A stretch of 64,000 nt of DNA, taken from the NCBI GenBank assembly GCA_004764695.1, contig SMSO01000037.1, positions 1,588,747-1,652,746 of the forward strand, written 5' to 3'. Made by a program: the position numbers and the translations under genes. This document shows positions 40,944 through 52,468 of this stretch, piece by piece. This stretch comes from Schizochytrium sp. TIO01 (taxonomy: Eukaryota > Protista > Bigyra: Labyrinthulomycetes). Every line of letters starts with the position of its first letter. The first letter of the stretch is position 1. The notes under the pieces were generated by a model. The model did not search any database. It was not told the DNA's origin and saw only the letters and a program-made list of their open reading frames with translations.

Positions 40944-42523
40944 ATGCTGGCCAAGATCTCGCTCCGAACTCTTCAGAGTTCGATCGTGCAGCGATCTAGA
41001 CAAGTATCACCCTCGGTTACTGCAGCTTTTAGCCTGGGAACTCCTGCTATGGGAGACCGCACGATGTCAACTTCAAGCGCAGGCTCGCAAAACAGTGAAG
41101 TGCCCCTAATGATGGAAGGTATGAGGGTTATTGAGGTAAGTACAAAACAGGTTGGATACCACATGATGCACAACTGAGATGGGGATTTTACCCTTTTAAA
41201 TCAAGCACTAACATACTCTCTACTCACGTTGACTGCTTGAGTTTTTTTGGCCCCGCTGGATGCTTTGAATGGAAAATAATTTCCTTTATTTGTATACAGG
41301 TTGCAAATGTTCTGGCAGGACCTAGTGTTGGCCAATTCCTTGCTGAGCTTGGAGCTGAAGTGATTAAGGTTGAGTCTCCTGTGACAAATGGAGATGTCAC
41401 GCGCACTTGGCGCTTGGGTAGTGAACCCCTTGAGGAAGATGTCACGGCTTACTTTTCAACATGTAATCTTGGTAAGAAGAGCATGGTTGTGGATCTCAGT
41501 AAAGAGGATGGACGCCAAATCCTTCGTGACCTTGCTCAGAATGCGGACTGTTTTCTAGCGAGCTTCAAACCCGGAGACGCTGAAAAGCTTGGTGTCGATG
41601 CAGAGACACTTTGCAAGCTTAACCCCCGCCTTGTGTATGCCCAGATTACTGGGTATGGCCTTGACAACCCACGTGCTGGCTACGATGCTGTTATTCAAGC
41701 CGAATCTGGGTTTCAATTTATGAATGGCACTCCTGATGGAGAACCAGTGAAGATGCCAGTTGCCTTGATTGATGTTATGACTGCTCATCAACTCAAGCAA
41801 GCAATTCTGCTGCAACTTTGGCGTCGCGAGCGTACTGGCAAAGGAGGAGCTGTCAATGTATCATTGATTTCATCTGCAGTATCTGGACTTGCAAACCAGG
41901 CAATGAACTATTTGAAAGAAGGAGTCATCCCTCAACGTATGGGCAGCGATCATCCTTCGATTGCGCCATATGGTACTCTGTACAAGAGTCAAAACCCTGA
42001 AGAACTCCTTACTCTTGGAGTTGGCACAAACAGTCAATTCCGTGCCCTATGTGAAGTCCTTGGCCATTCGGAATGGGCAGATGACATTCGCTTCAGCACA
42101 AATCCCAATCGTTGCGCCAATCGCACGGAGCTCAATACGTTTTTGCAGTCGGAGATGTCCAAATGGGACCGAAAAGAACTTCTGACTCAGCTTCAAGCAA
42201 AGAAAGTACCCTGTGGAGGAGTTAACAATATGCAGGCAGCCTTTGACGCCCCGGAGGCTCAGGAAGTAGTTGTCATGCGCCCAGCCACCGATGAAGAGCT
42301 AAAAACCAAGAAGCATTTGCATCAATTCAAGGGAAATCAACCAATTGGACTTCGCCAAGCTGTATGGAAGGGAGCTGGCAACGAGGGCTTAGATGCGTTC
42401 GCTAGAAAGTTCTCATCCCCACCTAAATACGGCGAACATACTGAGGAAATCTTGAAAACCATCCTTGGCAAGTCCGAAGAGGATGCTCAGCGTCTTAAAG
42501 ACATGTTCCATAGTAAGAAGTAA
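40944..42523 (+). CDS. Family III CoA-transferase (CaiB/BaiF; SUGCT-like), two exons (40944-41135 + 41300-42523), ~471 aa, probably mitochondrial
   Basis: Donor GAG|gtaagt at 41136 and acceptor tacag| at 41299; the join restores the family motif RVIE-VANVLAGP. Also LAELGAEVIKVESP, NLGKKS, GYDAVIQAESG (catalytic Asp) and GEHTEEIL. The Arg/Ser-rich N-terminus resembles a transit peptide. Confidence 0.92.
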
Positions 42524-42822
42524 TTCTGTTAGTGTCTAGAGCTGTACATGGCCATGACTTTGACTACTTTCCTAGACTAAGAATTGAAAGAACGCCGCAA
42601 CGGGGGGTACACGTTCAAGAAAACAAACTTGCGAGGTTAATAGATCTTTTCTGTTAGCTTTATCAGTGTGATGTGGCACTTGAGCCTTTAAAAAAAAAAT
42701 AAGTTTACAACACATACAACAAGAAAGTTCTAATGTCGTGTGATATACGTTATTGAACATCTTAACTTCTCACATGCAAAACAACAATTTAAAAAACATA
42801 TATATAAGTTCCTAAACTTAAT

Positions 42823-45800
42823 CTACGCATAGCATCGCCGCATTTGATCCAAAAGTCCTACCCAAACAGAGACCTTTCCGGCAGCAAGTTCCCTCTCTTT
42901 CCACAGATAATCAGGAGGCATTCGTTTATTCTTTTGAAGCTGGGAAAGTGCGCTGCGCAGGTTGTTAAGACTTGCAGCAGTAGTTTTAGGGCGCTGCTGA
43001 ACACCAGGAAGGCCGCCGCGTAGCCGTGTTAGCTTTTCTACCAAAGCGCACAAAACAGTGCCATCATTTAGAGTTGGGATTACACCGTTAACATCTCGTA
43101 AGGACTCTATATCTCGCACTGGCACCGGACAAACACGCTGCAACCAGTGAATGATAGCATCAACCTGTCCCTTTGAATGTTCATCTGTCCTCTCCGGCTC
43201 TGTATTCGGCCTTGCAATATCTCTTGAAGGATTCCAAGAATGGATGTCAGAGTGTTGGCGTTGCGATGTACTTCGACCAGTACTTGGCCGGGGCACGATA
43301 TCCTTCGTATATCGAGTCGAAGACTCTCCTTTTGGGGCCAAAATACTGCTAGCAGATGATTTCTTTGATGCTTCGTTCTGTTGATTATTGTACAATAGAT
43401 GTCCCCAGGGGCTAGGATGGGTAGATTCATCTCTCAAGTCTACCGAATCAGAGACTGTGGAAGGCACGATTTCCCTAGCAACAGTCTTTTGAAAATTATG
43501 ACGACTGTAAAGAGCTACATCATTAGTTGTGAATGGTGATGGCCAAATATCTGCCCCTGCATCTCTTCGAACCTTAACCGACAGGTCTGAAAATCCTGAT
43601 GTAACTTCTGGAGGTATATTTGCACTCTCAACCAGGTCTTCAGTTATAACTTCATGTTTTCGAGAAGATTTCGCTTCCACATTGTCATAGATACCGAGGA
43701 AAGGAGATTCACCAGGCACCGACCCAGAAGGGCGTGGCAAAGCACCAGCATGAAAACGATGTAAATCCTCAAGGATTCCCAAAAGAGCCAGACGATCGGC
43801 ATTAAAAAGGCCATCGCCAGCAAAAAGAAATCTTCGACCCATTGAATTTTGTTTGCGTAAGAAATCAAGTATCTTCTCAACATTCCCTCGTTCAACTTGC
43901 GGAGTACAAGCTGGAAAAATCAAACCTCTGATGTTAGGGGATTGACCACCTTGAATAGCACGTATTACACTTGCCAACATGGCTCCATCGGAGCAAGCCT
44001 TCCGAAGCGCAGGCGGCCCTAGCAAAGACTTTATTTGTCCACTTACTCCAAACTCTTCAAGCACCCCAAGGCCATTAAGCCACTTAATTAGAGCAGTCTC
44101 TAATTCGCCGAGTTGGGCAGCGCTGTACGGAAGCAATCTCTGGAGGTATTGGTCTGCGCCTTGAGTAACTTCCACCGTCGGTTGTTTACTTTTATCTGCC
44201 TTGCTTGCAACAAGATCTGAGCTAGAATTTCCAGAAGGCACAATATCTTGGTGACGACGCCGATATGTGCGATCAAGGCGCTCTGTTTGCGTCTCAAATT
44301 GTGTGTCATCATCTTCCTCGAGTTGCTTGTGAATGTGTTGATCCCGCTCTCGAGCTCGGACTGCCTTTTTTCGCTTGCGTTCAACGTCCACACTACTCTG
44401 TATCTTAGAAAAGGCTTTACGCAAGGTCCTCACGAGATACCAGAAATCTTGCTCTCGACCGCGTACAAGGTTAACTGCATCCACCTCAAGAAGAGCTTCG
44501 AGAAGCTTTGCCTTTGAGGACTTAAGTCGAGGTTGCATATTAAAAACAGCCTCACGCATAGCATTGATGGCAGCAGTATTAAGCGAGATTGCGTGTTGCA
44601 ATGATGTGATCTGAAGTTCTTGCAGCTTAGACTTTTCTATGAGAAGTCGCGCGTCATCGCTCAATAAGGAAAACAAACTGACTAGGAGCCTGCCGTTGAA
44701 TCTTGGATCCTCTAATAGTGAAATCTGACTTGCTTCCCCGGGCACGCTAAGACCCAAATCTCGCATCCATGAAGCTAGTTCAGATATCGTTTCAGGGCTC
44801 AAATGTTCGCGTGGCTGCTTTTGTATCGAAGAAGAGTTTGTGCTTGCCGGAAATTGGATCTGTGGAGGCACTACAGGTGGTATTACTGGGTTTACCTGCG
44901 AAGCTTGCCTTGAAGCAGTCTTTTGTTGATAAAGTTGTGAAGGCATCATCGAAACCTTCATAGTCTGAGATTTGGCATGGAAGCCGTTTCCTGCAGTGAG
45001 AAGGACTTTGCGTCCTTTCGTAGGCATCTGTGCAACAACTTGTTTATCCTTCTGGTTTTGGCAATACGCTCCTCGCTCCTGGTCAATAGAGGTTTGTTCT
45101 TGGAAAAGGGGAATCGTTGAGGTTTGATGTTTCGCAGCAGGTCTCGAACTAGAATATTTGGTAGCTTGCTCTCTATGTTCTACTCCTTTACTAAATTTGG
45201 ATTTCGATTCGAAAGGTAGGTCTACACATGAGCGAAGGTCCTCTAGAAGTTCCCAAATAATAGCAGGTGGATCCATGCGAACAATTTTCTCCGCAGAATA
45301 AAGATGACGATAGTTCATTTTGGGAATCGAGCGAAATACTTCTAGAGCGATATTTACATTTTTGATACGCGCAGCAATAGTTCTTGGGTCTAAGTTAACT
45401 CCACGATAGAAGAGTTGCTTAATAATGTTGCCACCAGGTAACACAAAGACCTTTTCTATAGCTGGATGTTTGTGCTTGCTTACAATCCCCCCTATACAGT
45501 GTATCTCGATAAGACGAGCAAGTTCTGACAGAAGGATTCCATCACTAAAGATCGCTCCAACATACTCTGTGGCACCATATTTCTTGTTTAGTTCAAGTCC
45601 AGGTGCTCGGAGAGGTACTTGAGACTTTTCTAATCGACGTAAAAGTTTAATAATAATATTTGGCCTCAGAACCCAATCAAACGAAAGCAAGTACCCAGCA
45701 TTCAGCCCACGGGCATTTTGTCTGAGTCTTTCAAGTTGCGTACGAACTGCCCCTGGATGTGTAGCTATCAGATGCTCAGGTCCACAATAATCCTCATCCT

Positions 45801-46587
45801 TTGCGCAAATTCTGGAATTAGTTCTATCTGACAAAACGTCGCTTTTCTTCGCACCAAGGTTATTCTTTTCACGCTGTGTTTTTGAGATAGAATCTGGTTT
45901 CTTCGACATCCTAATGGGTGATGTTTTGTTTGGTGAAGTTACATCGCCCCCCCCAGCCTCATCAACAGCTACAGATGCGTTCCACGCAGGACGTGGGCCC
46001 AAGGGTTTAGTTGTGAATTGCATGACTGGCTGAGCACTTTGCTTACCTGCATTTCGAGCGACACTGCGAGACTGTTGATTCCGAGTCGCTTCAGTGGTAT
46101 GTCTAGGGTCTTTGGCTGATGCCATTCTATGTTGTTGCTGACGGACGCTGGCTTTAGGAGGCGCCATAGGAGGCGCCATGTTTGCGTGACTTTCAGATTG
46201 AAGGAGGAGTTCGTCATGTAATGCTCTCAGCAAAGCGACAACAAGTTTCTCCCAGGACCCCCCAAACGCGTGTGCAGCAATTTGAGAAGGATGTCCAGCT
46301 CCTCTGCATGCCTGCGCCACACGCTCATCAAAACTTGCCACGATTCGCATGGCAGCGCTGAGGTTCTTGATAGCATCCTCCTCATTAAAAATTGGTTCAA
46401 CAACCTTGATCTGCACGCCAGGTTTTGTCAAACATGCCAAATGACACAGTAGAACTCCGTCCCTCAGATCCTCCAATTCGTCCACGAGAAGTGCCTCAGG
46501 AATCACAGTGCCGAGACTGTTGATCCAGTGGATCAGTACCGCGGCAGAGGTCGGTGGCCCTTTTTTCCCAGCGCTTTTTGCAGCCAT
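42823..46587 (-). CDS. 1254-aa protein with about five calponin-homology (CH)-like domains
   Basis: Repeated CH signature (W-I/L-x-x-L ... DG-x-x-L-x-x-L ... N-x-x-x-A-L): LIHWINSL/DLRDGVLLCHL, FSDGILLSEL/NVNIALEVFR, LASWMRDL/FNGRLLVSL, LIKWLNGL/CSDGAMLASV, IIHWLQRV/LNDGTVLCALV. Confidence 0.85.
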   Translation of the reverse strand: MAAKSAGKKGPPTSAAVLIHWINSLGTVIPEALLVDELEDLRDGVLLCHLACLTKPGVQIKVVEPIFNEEDAIKNLSAAMRIVASFDERVAQACRGAGHPSQIAAHAFGGSWEKLVVALLRALHDELLLQSESHANMAPPMAPPKASVRQQQHRMASAKDPRHTTEATRNQQSRSVARNAGKQSAQPVMQFTTKPLGPRPAWNASVAVDEAGGGDVTSPNKTSPIRMSKKPDSISKTQREKNNLGAKKSDVLSDRTNSRICAKDEDYCGPEHLIATHPGAVRTQLERLRQNARGLNAGYLLSFDWVLRPNIIIKLLRRLEKSQVPLRAPGLELNKKYGATEYVGAIFSDGILLSELARLIEIHCIGGIVSKHKHPAIEKVFVLPGGNIIKQLFYRGVNLDPRTIAARIKNVNIALEVFRSIPKMNYRHLYSAEKIVRMDPPAIIWELLEDLRSCVDLPFESKSKFSKGVEHREQATKYSSSRPAAKHQTSTIPLFQEQTSIDQERGAYCQNQKDKQVVAQMPTKGRKVLLTAGNGFHAKSQTMKVSMMPSQLYQQKTASRQASQVNPVIPPVVPPQIQFPASTNSSSIQKQPREHLSPETISELASWMRDLGLSVPGEASQISLLEDPRFNGRLLVSLFSLLSDDARLLIEKSKLQELQITSLQHAISLNTAAINAMREAVFNMQPRLKSSKAKLLEALLEVDAVNLVRGREQDFWYLVRTLRKAFSKIQSSVDVERKRKKAVRARERDQHIHKQLEEDDDTQFETQTERLDRTYRRRHQDIVPSGNSSSDLVASKADKSKQPTVEVTQGADQYLQRLLPYSAAQLGELETALIKWLNGLGVLEEFGVSGQIKSLLGPPALRKACSDGAMLASVIRAIQGGQSPNIRGLIFPACTPQVERGNVEKILDFLRKQNSMGRRFLFAGDGLFNADRLALLGILEDLHRFHAGALPRPSGSVPGESPFLGIYDNVEAKSSRKHEVITEDLVESANIPPEVTSGFSDLSVKVRRDAGADIWPSPFTTNDVALYSRHNFQKTVAREIVPSTVSDSVDLRDESTHPSPWGHLLYNNQQNEASKKSSASSILAPKGESSTRYTKDIVPRPSTGRSTSQRQHSDIHSWNPSRDIARPNTEPERTDEHSKGQVDAIIHWLQRVCPVPVRDIESLRDVNGVIPTLNDGTVLCALVEKLTRLRGGLPGVQQRPKTTAASLNNLRSALSQLQKNKRMPPDYLWKERELAAGKVSVWVGLLDQMRRCYA

Positions 46588-47995
46588 TCCACCAACGGCG
46601 ACAGAGCGACGGCACTTCTCACGTCCGGCCCAAAGAGTCTTGTGGTTCTGGACGCCCTCCTATCAGGGATTTTCGGGAGGACCGGATCGTCTGGGCTTTG
46701 CCAGAATTGCACGTGGTGGTTGTGTCTCGTCAGAATGGGAGTAGGTATTTAAACATGGTCTGCCAAGTGAATACTGGCGAGTACTAGTAAGCACCTAGCC
46801 TCTCCTCTCTAAGACCACTATTACCTACTACTATACTCATGATAACGAACCGGAAATAAAAAGCAGAGGCTCAAGTCTTACTCGTGGGCAAGTTTTCAGA
46901 AAGTCTCCTTACTCAAGAAACTAGACACTTATTAAATCCGAAATCAAGGCATATTGAAGACGCAACTGTATAGGATGTAAAATCGCATAGATTACGCATG
47001 TGTGAAGTGAATTTCTACCGTGGTATGTGTCTTGTTGCAACATCTACTTTTAAGCATTTGTGGAGGCTTCTAAAGGTAAAATGCAAACCTATATTAGAAT
47101 TTAGATCATCAGAACTTGTGATCGCAAATACAAGTCAGTCTAACCATCCATCTAATATCCATTCCTTAAAGCATGATGGTTCCCTTTGACACAGTGAACA
47201 TAATTTTTTCTACATTCAAGATTTGAGGGCTTCCTATGCTCGGTTTGTTTTTCTGTATTCCCTGGGTTCCCATAATTATTTCCGTTCATTCGCACACCAT
47301 GTTTAATTGTTATTGTTGTTTTCAAAACATTAAAAAATATATATATATAACAAAAATGTAAAATAAATATATCATTGAACTGACAACTTACAAGAACTCA
47401 ATCACGCTGAGAAAAGTATGTCAGCAGTATCATGCTTATGCCATCTTGAATTATATTGAACAACTTTTGAAGTCTGCAGGCCGCTGATTTAAAATAAAAG
47501 ATGTTTTCATTGTTGTTTTAGTTTTGGTCCTATTGTACCATGAATCTAGTAAAAATGCTAATACCCTTAACAGTTTTAGGCTTCACAAAGCTTAGACTGT
47601 GCTCGTAACACAAACTTTTACAGAGCTAGCATGATGCCAAAACAATGGCATATCAGTGTGTACTATGGTTCTCAGGACCTAAGTGAAGGCCTGTTGCACG
47701 CAAAATGAAGAGGGGAAAGCAGCCAAGACGAGGAGAAGTTGCCTATGCCTGAGGAGAGGCCAGATCGGAGTTTTGGTAAATAATTGTGGCATCAAAGCAA
47801 ACATCTGTTTGAAAGGAATCTCTGTTGCAAGCAGCAATTGTGCCGAGAAATATTACATTCTGGCAGATTAAATCGTTGCAAACGATTGCTATAGCACTTC
47901 GAAAAAACCAGACGGCGTGATTATTAGCTGGCAGGTACAGCGCGAGGCGTGAACAAATCAGTGCAGGAAAACAGGTGACTTAGACATTTCCTGCA

Positions 47996-50900
47996 ATGAT
48001 GGAAGGTTTATCCTCGAACGTCAACGATGTGGATGAAGCCATTCAGTTGCGGCACGTCCATGATGTGGGAAGAATTCTTTTGGATGTGGAAAACGAGTTT
48101 GGCAAGCTACGAGATGCAATTCGCCACTCAAGTGGTTCTGATCAGACCTCTGATGATATTGATGATATTTTGTCGAAGGCAGAGCATGAGCTTCGTCAAA
48201 AAGCAGACCTTATTCTCTCAAGTTCACTCAATTCGAAGCTTGCCAAAATTTCCACCCCCTCACCAGGGTCACCAGGTGGATTTCGCAAGTCCCGAGTCCG
48301 ACGCTCTCCACGGACTCACAGCGCAGAAGAAACTTACCGACCTGGAGTTAAAACTACAACAGCCTCGCATCATATGACTGACATGGACCATCTATTGAAT
48401 GAATTTCGATTACAACATGAGAAACAAAAGAAAGAGCTATCACAACAAATCGGTAGCGCAGGCACTGTAAGACAGGAAGGAGATTCTCGACAAGGACGGG
48501 CTCACGGTGGACAAAATTCTATTGTAGGAAAGCAAAGGCCAGTCGGATCGAGTCTCGCCAGGCGTAAAGTAATTGTTGATGCAAGCGGAGAGAACAGTAG
48601 AACTGGTGAGTCAAACGAGCGAGACAATAATAAAGAGCTTGCAACATCGATCACTCATGATCCTGCACAACTCTATCCATGGTCCCAGAACCACGCCAGC
48701 TCAAAGGCCAAGGTAGCGATGGCGTGTGAAACGACAGAGATGAATGCCAGCTTTAAACTCGACTTAGACAGTGCACTTCAGACAAAGGCCTCAACCTTGC
48801 AAGGGGGCAAGGATGGAAGCAAGAACGGAGGTCAAACATCTGTGCAAGCTGTAAAGCTGAATCAACAGCTTCAACTTAATGGTCCCTTGGATGTTAGCAA
48901 TCAAAAGAGCAAGCATGAAGTCATTATGGCTAAAGAGGAGAGCTTAGGGGATAGTGTCTTACGAATTTACGAATATGAAACGAAAATGAGAGCTAATGGT
49001 CTCTATGCGTTTATGATTCGCAATGGGGCCACTATGACAAGAACGTCAGGTTTCTTAGCCTACAAACGCATGTTTGAGTCGGAGTGGGGTGCTATTAGTC
49101 AATTAATTACTCAAACGGAGCGTTTACTGTCAAAATATGCTGTAGAAATCGCATACATTAATGGCGGGAAGCTTGCAGAACTTGCGAAGGATCAAATGTC
49201 AAGACATACAGAATCCGAAATTTTGGCTTGCGTTTTCAACGAAGATCAGGTTCGCAGTACCGTAACGCTTCCTGGAAGGGCGTTTACAACAGGCACAGAA
49301 GAAGCCAGCGAGCTTGCAGCCTCTGCTATACAAGCGGCCTACCGAGGTAGTTGCGATCGTAGAAAGTACGAAGCTCATAAGTCACGCGATCATGCGGCCC
49401 GAATAATTGTGAATATTATTCGCGTATCTGCTTTGAAAAATAAACTTGCACGGAGATTATCACGCAAATGGGCCACAGAGGAAGCAGTCTTCCAAGCTCG
49501 ACAAAGAAAATTTATCGAAGACTGGAAATCTATACGACAGTCTAAGCGTACGATTGTACACATTCCATCGCTGTCGTATGCAGAGCACTTACGCCTGCCT
49601 ATTAATCGTCTTAGCATTCTTCAAAACCTTCAGCTAAGTCGTCTATGTGACTTGGCAATTCGTGATGTAGATATTGTATATGTATCGCCTTTTCCTTTGC
49701 CGTCTGAGATCCGTACTTACTACGAGAATCTTTTGCAACTACGCGGTGTGTCAAATGTTGCTGGTAGGCTTCATATCGTGGTGCCAGAGAATGCCCACCG
49801 CTTTCCTCAGCATATGTCACTTGCATCCACTTTGCGATATTCTCCCAAGGCCATATCCAGAATTCGCGCACTTGTTGAGTCGAAGCCTGCATACATTGTT
49901 CCAAACCATGTTGGTGAGGAAGACCGAACCCTAGCGTTAGCGCTTAATCTACCCCTCCTCGCTCCCGAGCCTGATGTCGCAGCATTGTACAGCACAAAGT
50001 CGGGTGCAAAGCAAGTTTTTGTGGAAGCAGAGGTCAACGTACCTGTTGGAGCGTATGATATTTTTGAGGAAACTGAGATTTATAGCACTTTAGCAAAGCT
50101 AGTGGCGGCAAATCTCGATGTCGATCGCTGGCTGTTGAAGATTGACGATGAAATTGATGGTCGGGGTATTGCCCTGCTTGATATGAACAAATTTCGGGTA
50201 GTTCAAAGGGTTCGTGTTGAACGTTCTCAGCAAACAGCAAAAAGTCAGATCGGCAAAGCTTATTGGAGCAGAAGTGATGTACAAGAGCGAGCAAGGGCCA
50301 AACTTGAAGAGGGCTTCAAACAGGAGTTGCGAGTTCGGGCAGAAGTTAAATGCCCAGCGGTATATAGAACATGGGGTGATTTTCTTTTAGCTTTTACTCG
50401 CGTCGGCGGTGTAATTGAAGCAATGCCAGAGCAAGTAGAGAACGTCGTGACAGTATCGGTACTTATTGAGCCCGATGGTGCAACACGATTTATTTGTGCT
50501 CAAGATAAGATTCACTCACGGCAAGCGCCGTTTCAAAGTGTAGGTTCTGTCTTTCCGCAAACCCAAATCCCTCATGCCGCTCTTCGTAGTGCTTCTTATG
50601 CAGTTGCGAAGGTTTTGCACCAACGGGGAGTGCTGGGAAATGTGTCGATCGACTATCTAGCATTCTTAGACCCAAATGTTCAGTCATTGCGTTTATGGGC
50701 TCTCGGACTAAACCTCCGAGTTACTCAGCCTCTAGCTTCCTTTCGCTTCTTCGACTTCTTGCTTGGTGGATATACAGAAGAGACCGGACAATATAAAATT
50801 TCAATGGAGAAGCAGTCTCCAACCAAAGGCGAAACTAGTATTAAGGAAACACAAACACGCGCGTTCGCAATGATTTGCCCATTGCATCACCCAAATTTAG

Positions 50901-51325
50901 CTACAATGTCCTACTCTCATTTTTTCAATGCTTGCCGTCGACACGGGATAAGTTATGACCTCCGAGCCATGCAAGGTATAGCCTTCGAATTAGCGGATAG
51001 CCTTTCTGCTGGGGTCATAGGCGTTTTGAGTATTAATAAAGACGCTACCCAGGCAGGTATTCAACTGCAACGCAGTTTTAACTTTATGTACAAGTTTGCT
51101 GGCTCATATGTTCAACAGAGTTTAGAGGATCAAATTTTTGATGGCACATGCACATTTTCTGATGCGTTAGCAGTTTCCAAACGACTTGTCGCCAACGCTG
51201 AAGCTCGGTTTCGCCAAGAAGTAGAAAATCAAAGAACTCTGGAGCGTACACAACAAAGACTATTAAAGCAGCAACGTGCAATCAACCCGGACTCCTCAGA
51301 TGGAGATGACGGAGAAGACTTGTGA
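47996..51325 (+). CDS. IQCH: IQ motif-containing protein H (IQCH)-like, 1109 aa
   Basis: IQ motif IQAAYRG followed by blocks typical of IQCH: RTIVHIPSLS, QNLQLSRLCDL, DIVYVSP, IVVPEN, SLASTLRYSP, STKSGAK, KIDDEIDGRGIA, GGVIEA, FPQT, HPNLATM and GISYDL (ATP-grasp-like region). Confidence 0.85.
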   Translation: MMEGLSSNVNDVDEAIQLRHVHDVGRILLDVENEFGKLRDAIRHSSGSDQTSDDIDDILSKAEHELRQKADLILSSSLNSKLAKISTPSPGSPGGFRKSRVRRSPRTHSAEETYRPGVKTTTASHHMTDMDHLLNEFRLQHEKQKKELSQQIGSAGTVRQEGDSRQGRAHGGQNSIVGKQRPVGSSLARRKVIVDASGENSRTGESNERDNNKELATSITHDPAQLYPWSQNHASSKAKVAMACETTEMNASFKLDLDSALQTKASTLQGGKDGSKNGGQTSVQAVKLNQQLQLNGPLDVSNQKSKHEVIMAKEESLGDSVLRIYEYETKMRANGLYAFMIRNGATMTRTSGFLAYKRMFESEWGAISQLITQTERLLSKYAVEIAYINGGKLAELAKDQMSRHTESEILACVFNEDQVRSTVTLPGRAFTTGTEEASELAASAIQAAYRGSCDRRKYEAHKSRDHAARIIVNIIRVSALKNKLARRLSRKWATEEAVFQARQRKFIEDWKSIRQSKRTIVHIPSLSYAEHLRLPINRLSILQNLQLSRLCDLAIRDVDIVYVSPFPLPSEIRTYYENLLQLRGVSNVAGRLHIVVPENAHRFPQHMSLASTLRYSPKAISRIRALVESKPAYIVPNHVGEEDRTLALALNLPLLAPEPDVAALYSTKSGAKQVFVEAEVNVPVGAYDIFEETEIYSTLAKLVAANLDVDRWLLKIDDEIDGRGIALLDMNKFRVVQRVRVERSQQTAKSQIGKAYWSRSDVQERARAKLEEGFKQELRVRAEVKCPAVYRTWGDFLLAFTRVGGVIEAMPEQVENVVTVSVLIEPDGATRFICAQDKIHSRQAPFQSVGSVFPQTQIPHAALRSASYAVAKVLHQRGVLGNVSIDYLAFLDPNVQSLRLWALGLNLRVTQPLASFRFFDFLLGGYTEETGQYKISMEKQSPTKGETSIKETQTRAFAMICPLHHPNLATMSYSHFFNACRRHGISYDLRAMQGIAFELADSLSAGVIGVLSINKDATQAGIQLQRSFNFMYKFAGSYVQQSLEDQIFDGTCTFSDALAVSKRLVANAEARFRQEVENQRTLERTQQRLLKQQRAINPDSSDGDDGEDL

Positions 51326-51727
51326 GGCTGAATTCAAGGTCTACGCATTAATTCTCTCAGGGCATTAGTCGGAGTTCTTCAAGGCAAGGAATAGGAAAAT
51401 ATTCATGAAAATAATCCAATACCCATCGCATAAGAAAATATAGGCAATCTATGAACATCGTAACGTTGATGCATAAGTGAAAGATGATAGATATATTTTG
51501 TACTTTTTAGCTTGCTAGACCATAATACCAAAACAAAGTAGGCCAAAGCCGCGACCTCAAAACAGGCGCCTTGCTGCAGGGTATCTTCTACAGATGCAAG
51601 TGGCACTGACTAAACATGTAAGGCTGGTTAAAAAGAAAGAATGTGTACTACAGGGTAGAGGAGGATACTTTTATCGTCCAAGCGAATCAGCTGGAAAGAG
51701 ATCTACGTGCTAATGCAATCCATGAGT

Positions 51728-52468
51728 TTAAACTTTGCACTCAGGAAGAATGAGGCCGCGGGCATCCATGGCAAGCTTGCGAAGATCTTCGAGAAGAGCA
51801 GCAGTGCTGGCGTGATCCATGGCGACCTTGCCAAGGTCGTAAGCGAGCTTGACACCAATGTCCTGAAGCATCTTGTTGCATGTGGCCTGAGTTTGGCAGC
51901 AAAGAGCACCTACTGAGATAGGGTAGATACCTCCACAAGGCTCAAGACAAATGGGCCCCACGCCCTCACCACCTGTTGCGCACTTAGGGTAGCAAATTCC
52001 GAGCTGATCATCCTCAGTGACGTTGTTGCAAGGGTACATGTGAATGCCCTTGACACGTTCAGTGAATTGACGCCAGCACACGCCAGAGTAAGTGCCTACA
52101 TTCTCGAGGTGGTCAAAGACATTGTTGACTCCAGAGTTGCGGCTCTGCATATGGTTCTCAGCGAGTTGCTTGTTGCCTTCCTGGCCATACACGTCAATGT
52201 TTTGGAAAAGCTCATCCTTGCTGATGTGATGCGAATAGCCAAAGTCATTGCAGGATCCTTGTACAACCTTTGCATTCTTGTAGCAAGGGTTCATCGGGTC
52301 AGAACGAGAGATGTGAATCACATCATCTCGGGCGCCTTCATAACAGAGCTTAACAGGCGACTCGCATGCTTCGGTAGGAACCCAGACATACTTGGTTGAG
52401 GCCTGGACCACTTCGACACTGCTCGCAATTACAGCAGCAGCTACAAGAATAACGGGAGCAAGCTTCAT
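51728..52468 (-). CDS. Secreted cysteine-rich protein, 246 aa
   Basis: Signal peptide MKLAPVILVAAAVIASSVEVVQA; Cys-rich module GICYPKCATGGEGVGPICLEPC...GALCC. Confidence 0.85.
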   Translation of the reverse strand: MKLAPVILVAAAVIASSVEVVQASTKYVWVPTEACESPVKLCYEGARDDVIHISRSDPMNPCYKNAKVVQGSCNDFGYSHHISKDELFQNIDVYGQEGNKQLAENHMQSRNSGVNNVFDHLENVGTYSGVCWRQFTERVKGIHMYPCNNVTEDDQLGICYPKCATGGEGVGPICLEPCGGIYPISVGALCCQTQATCNKMLQDIGVKLAYDLGKVAMDHASTAALLEDLRKLAMDARGLILPECKV

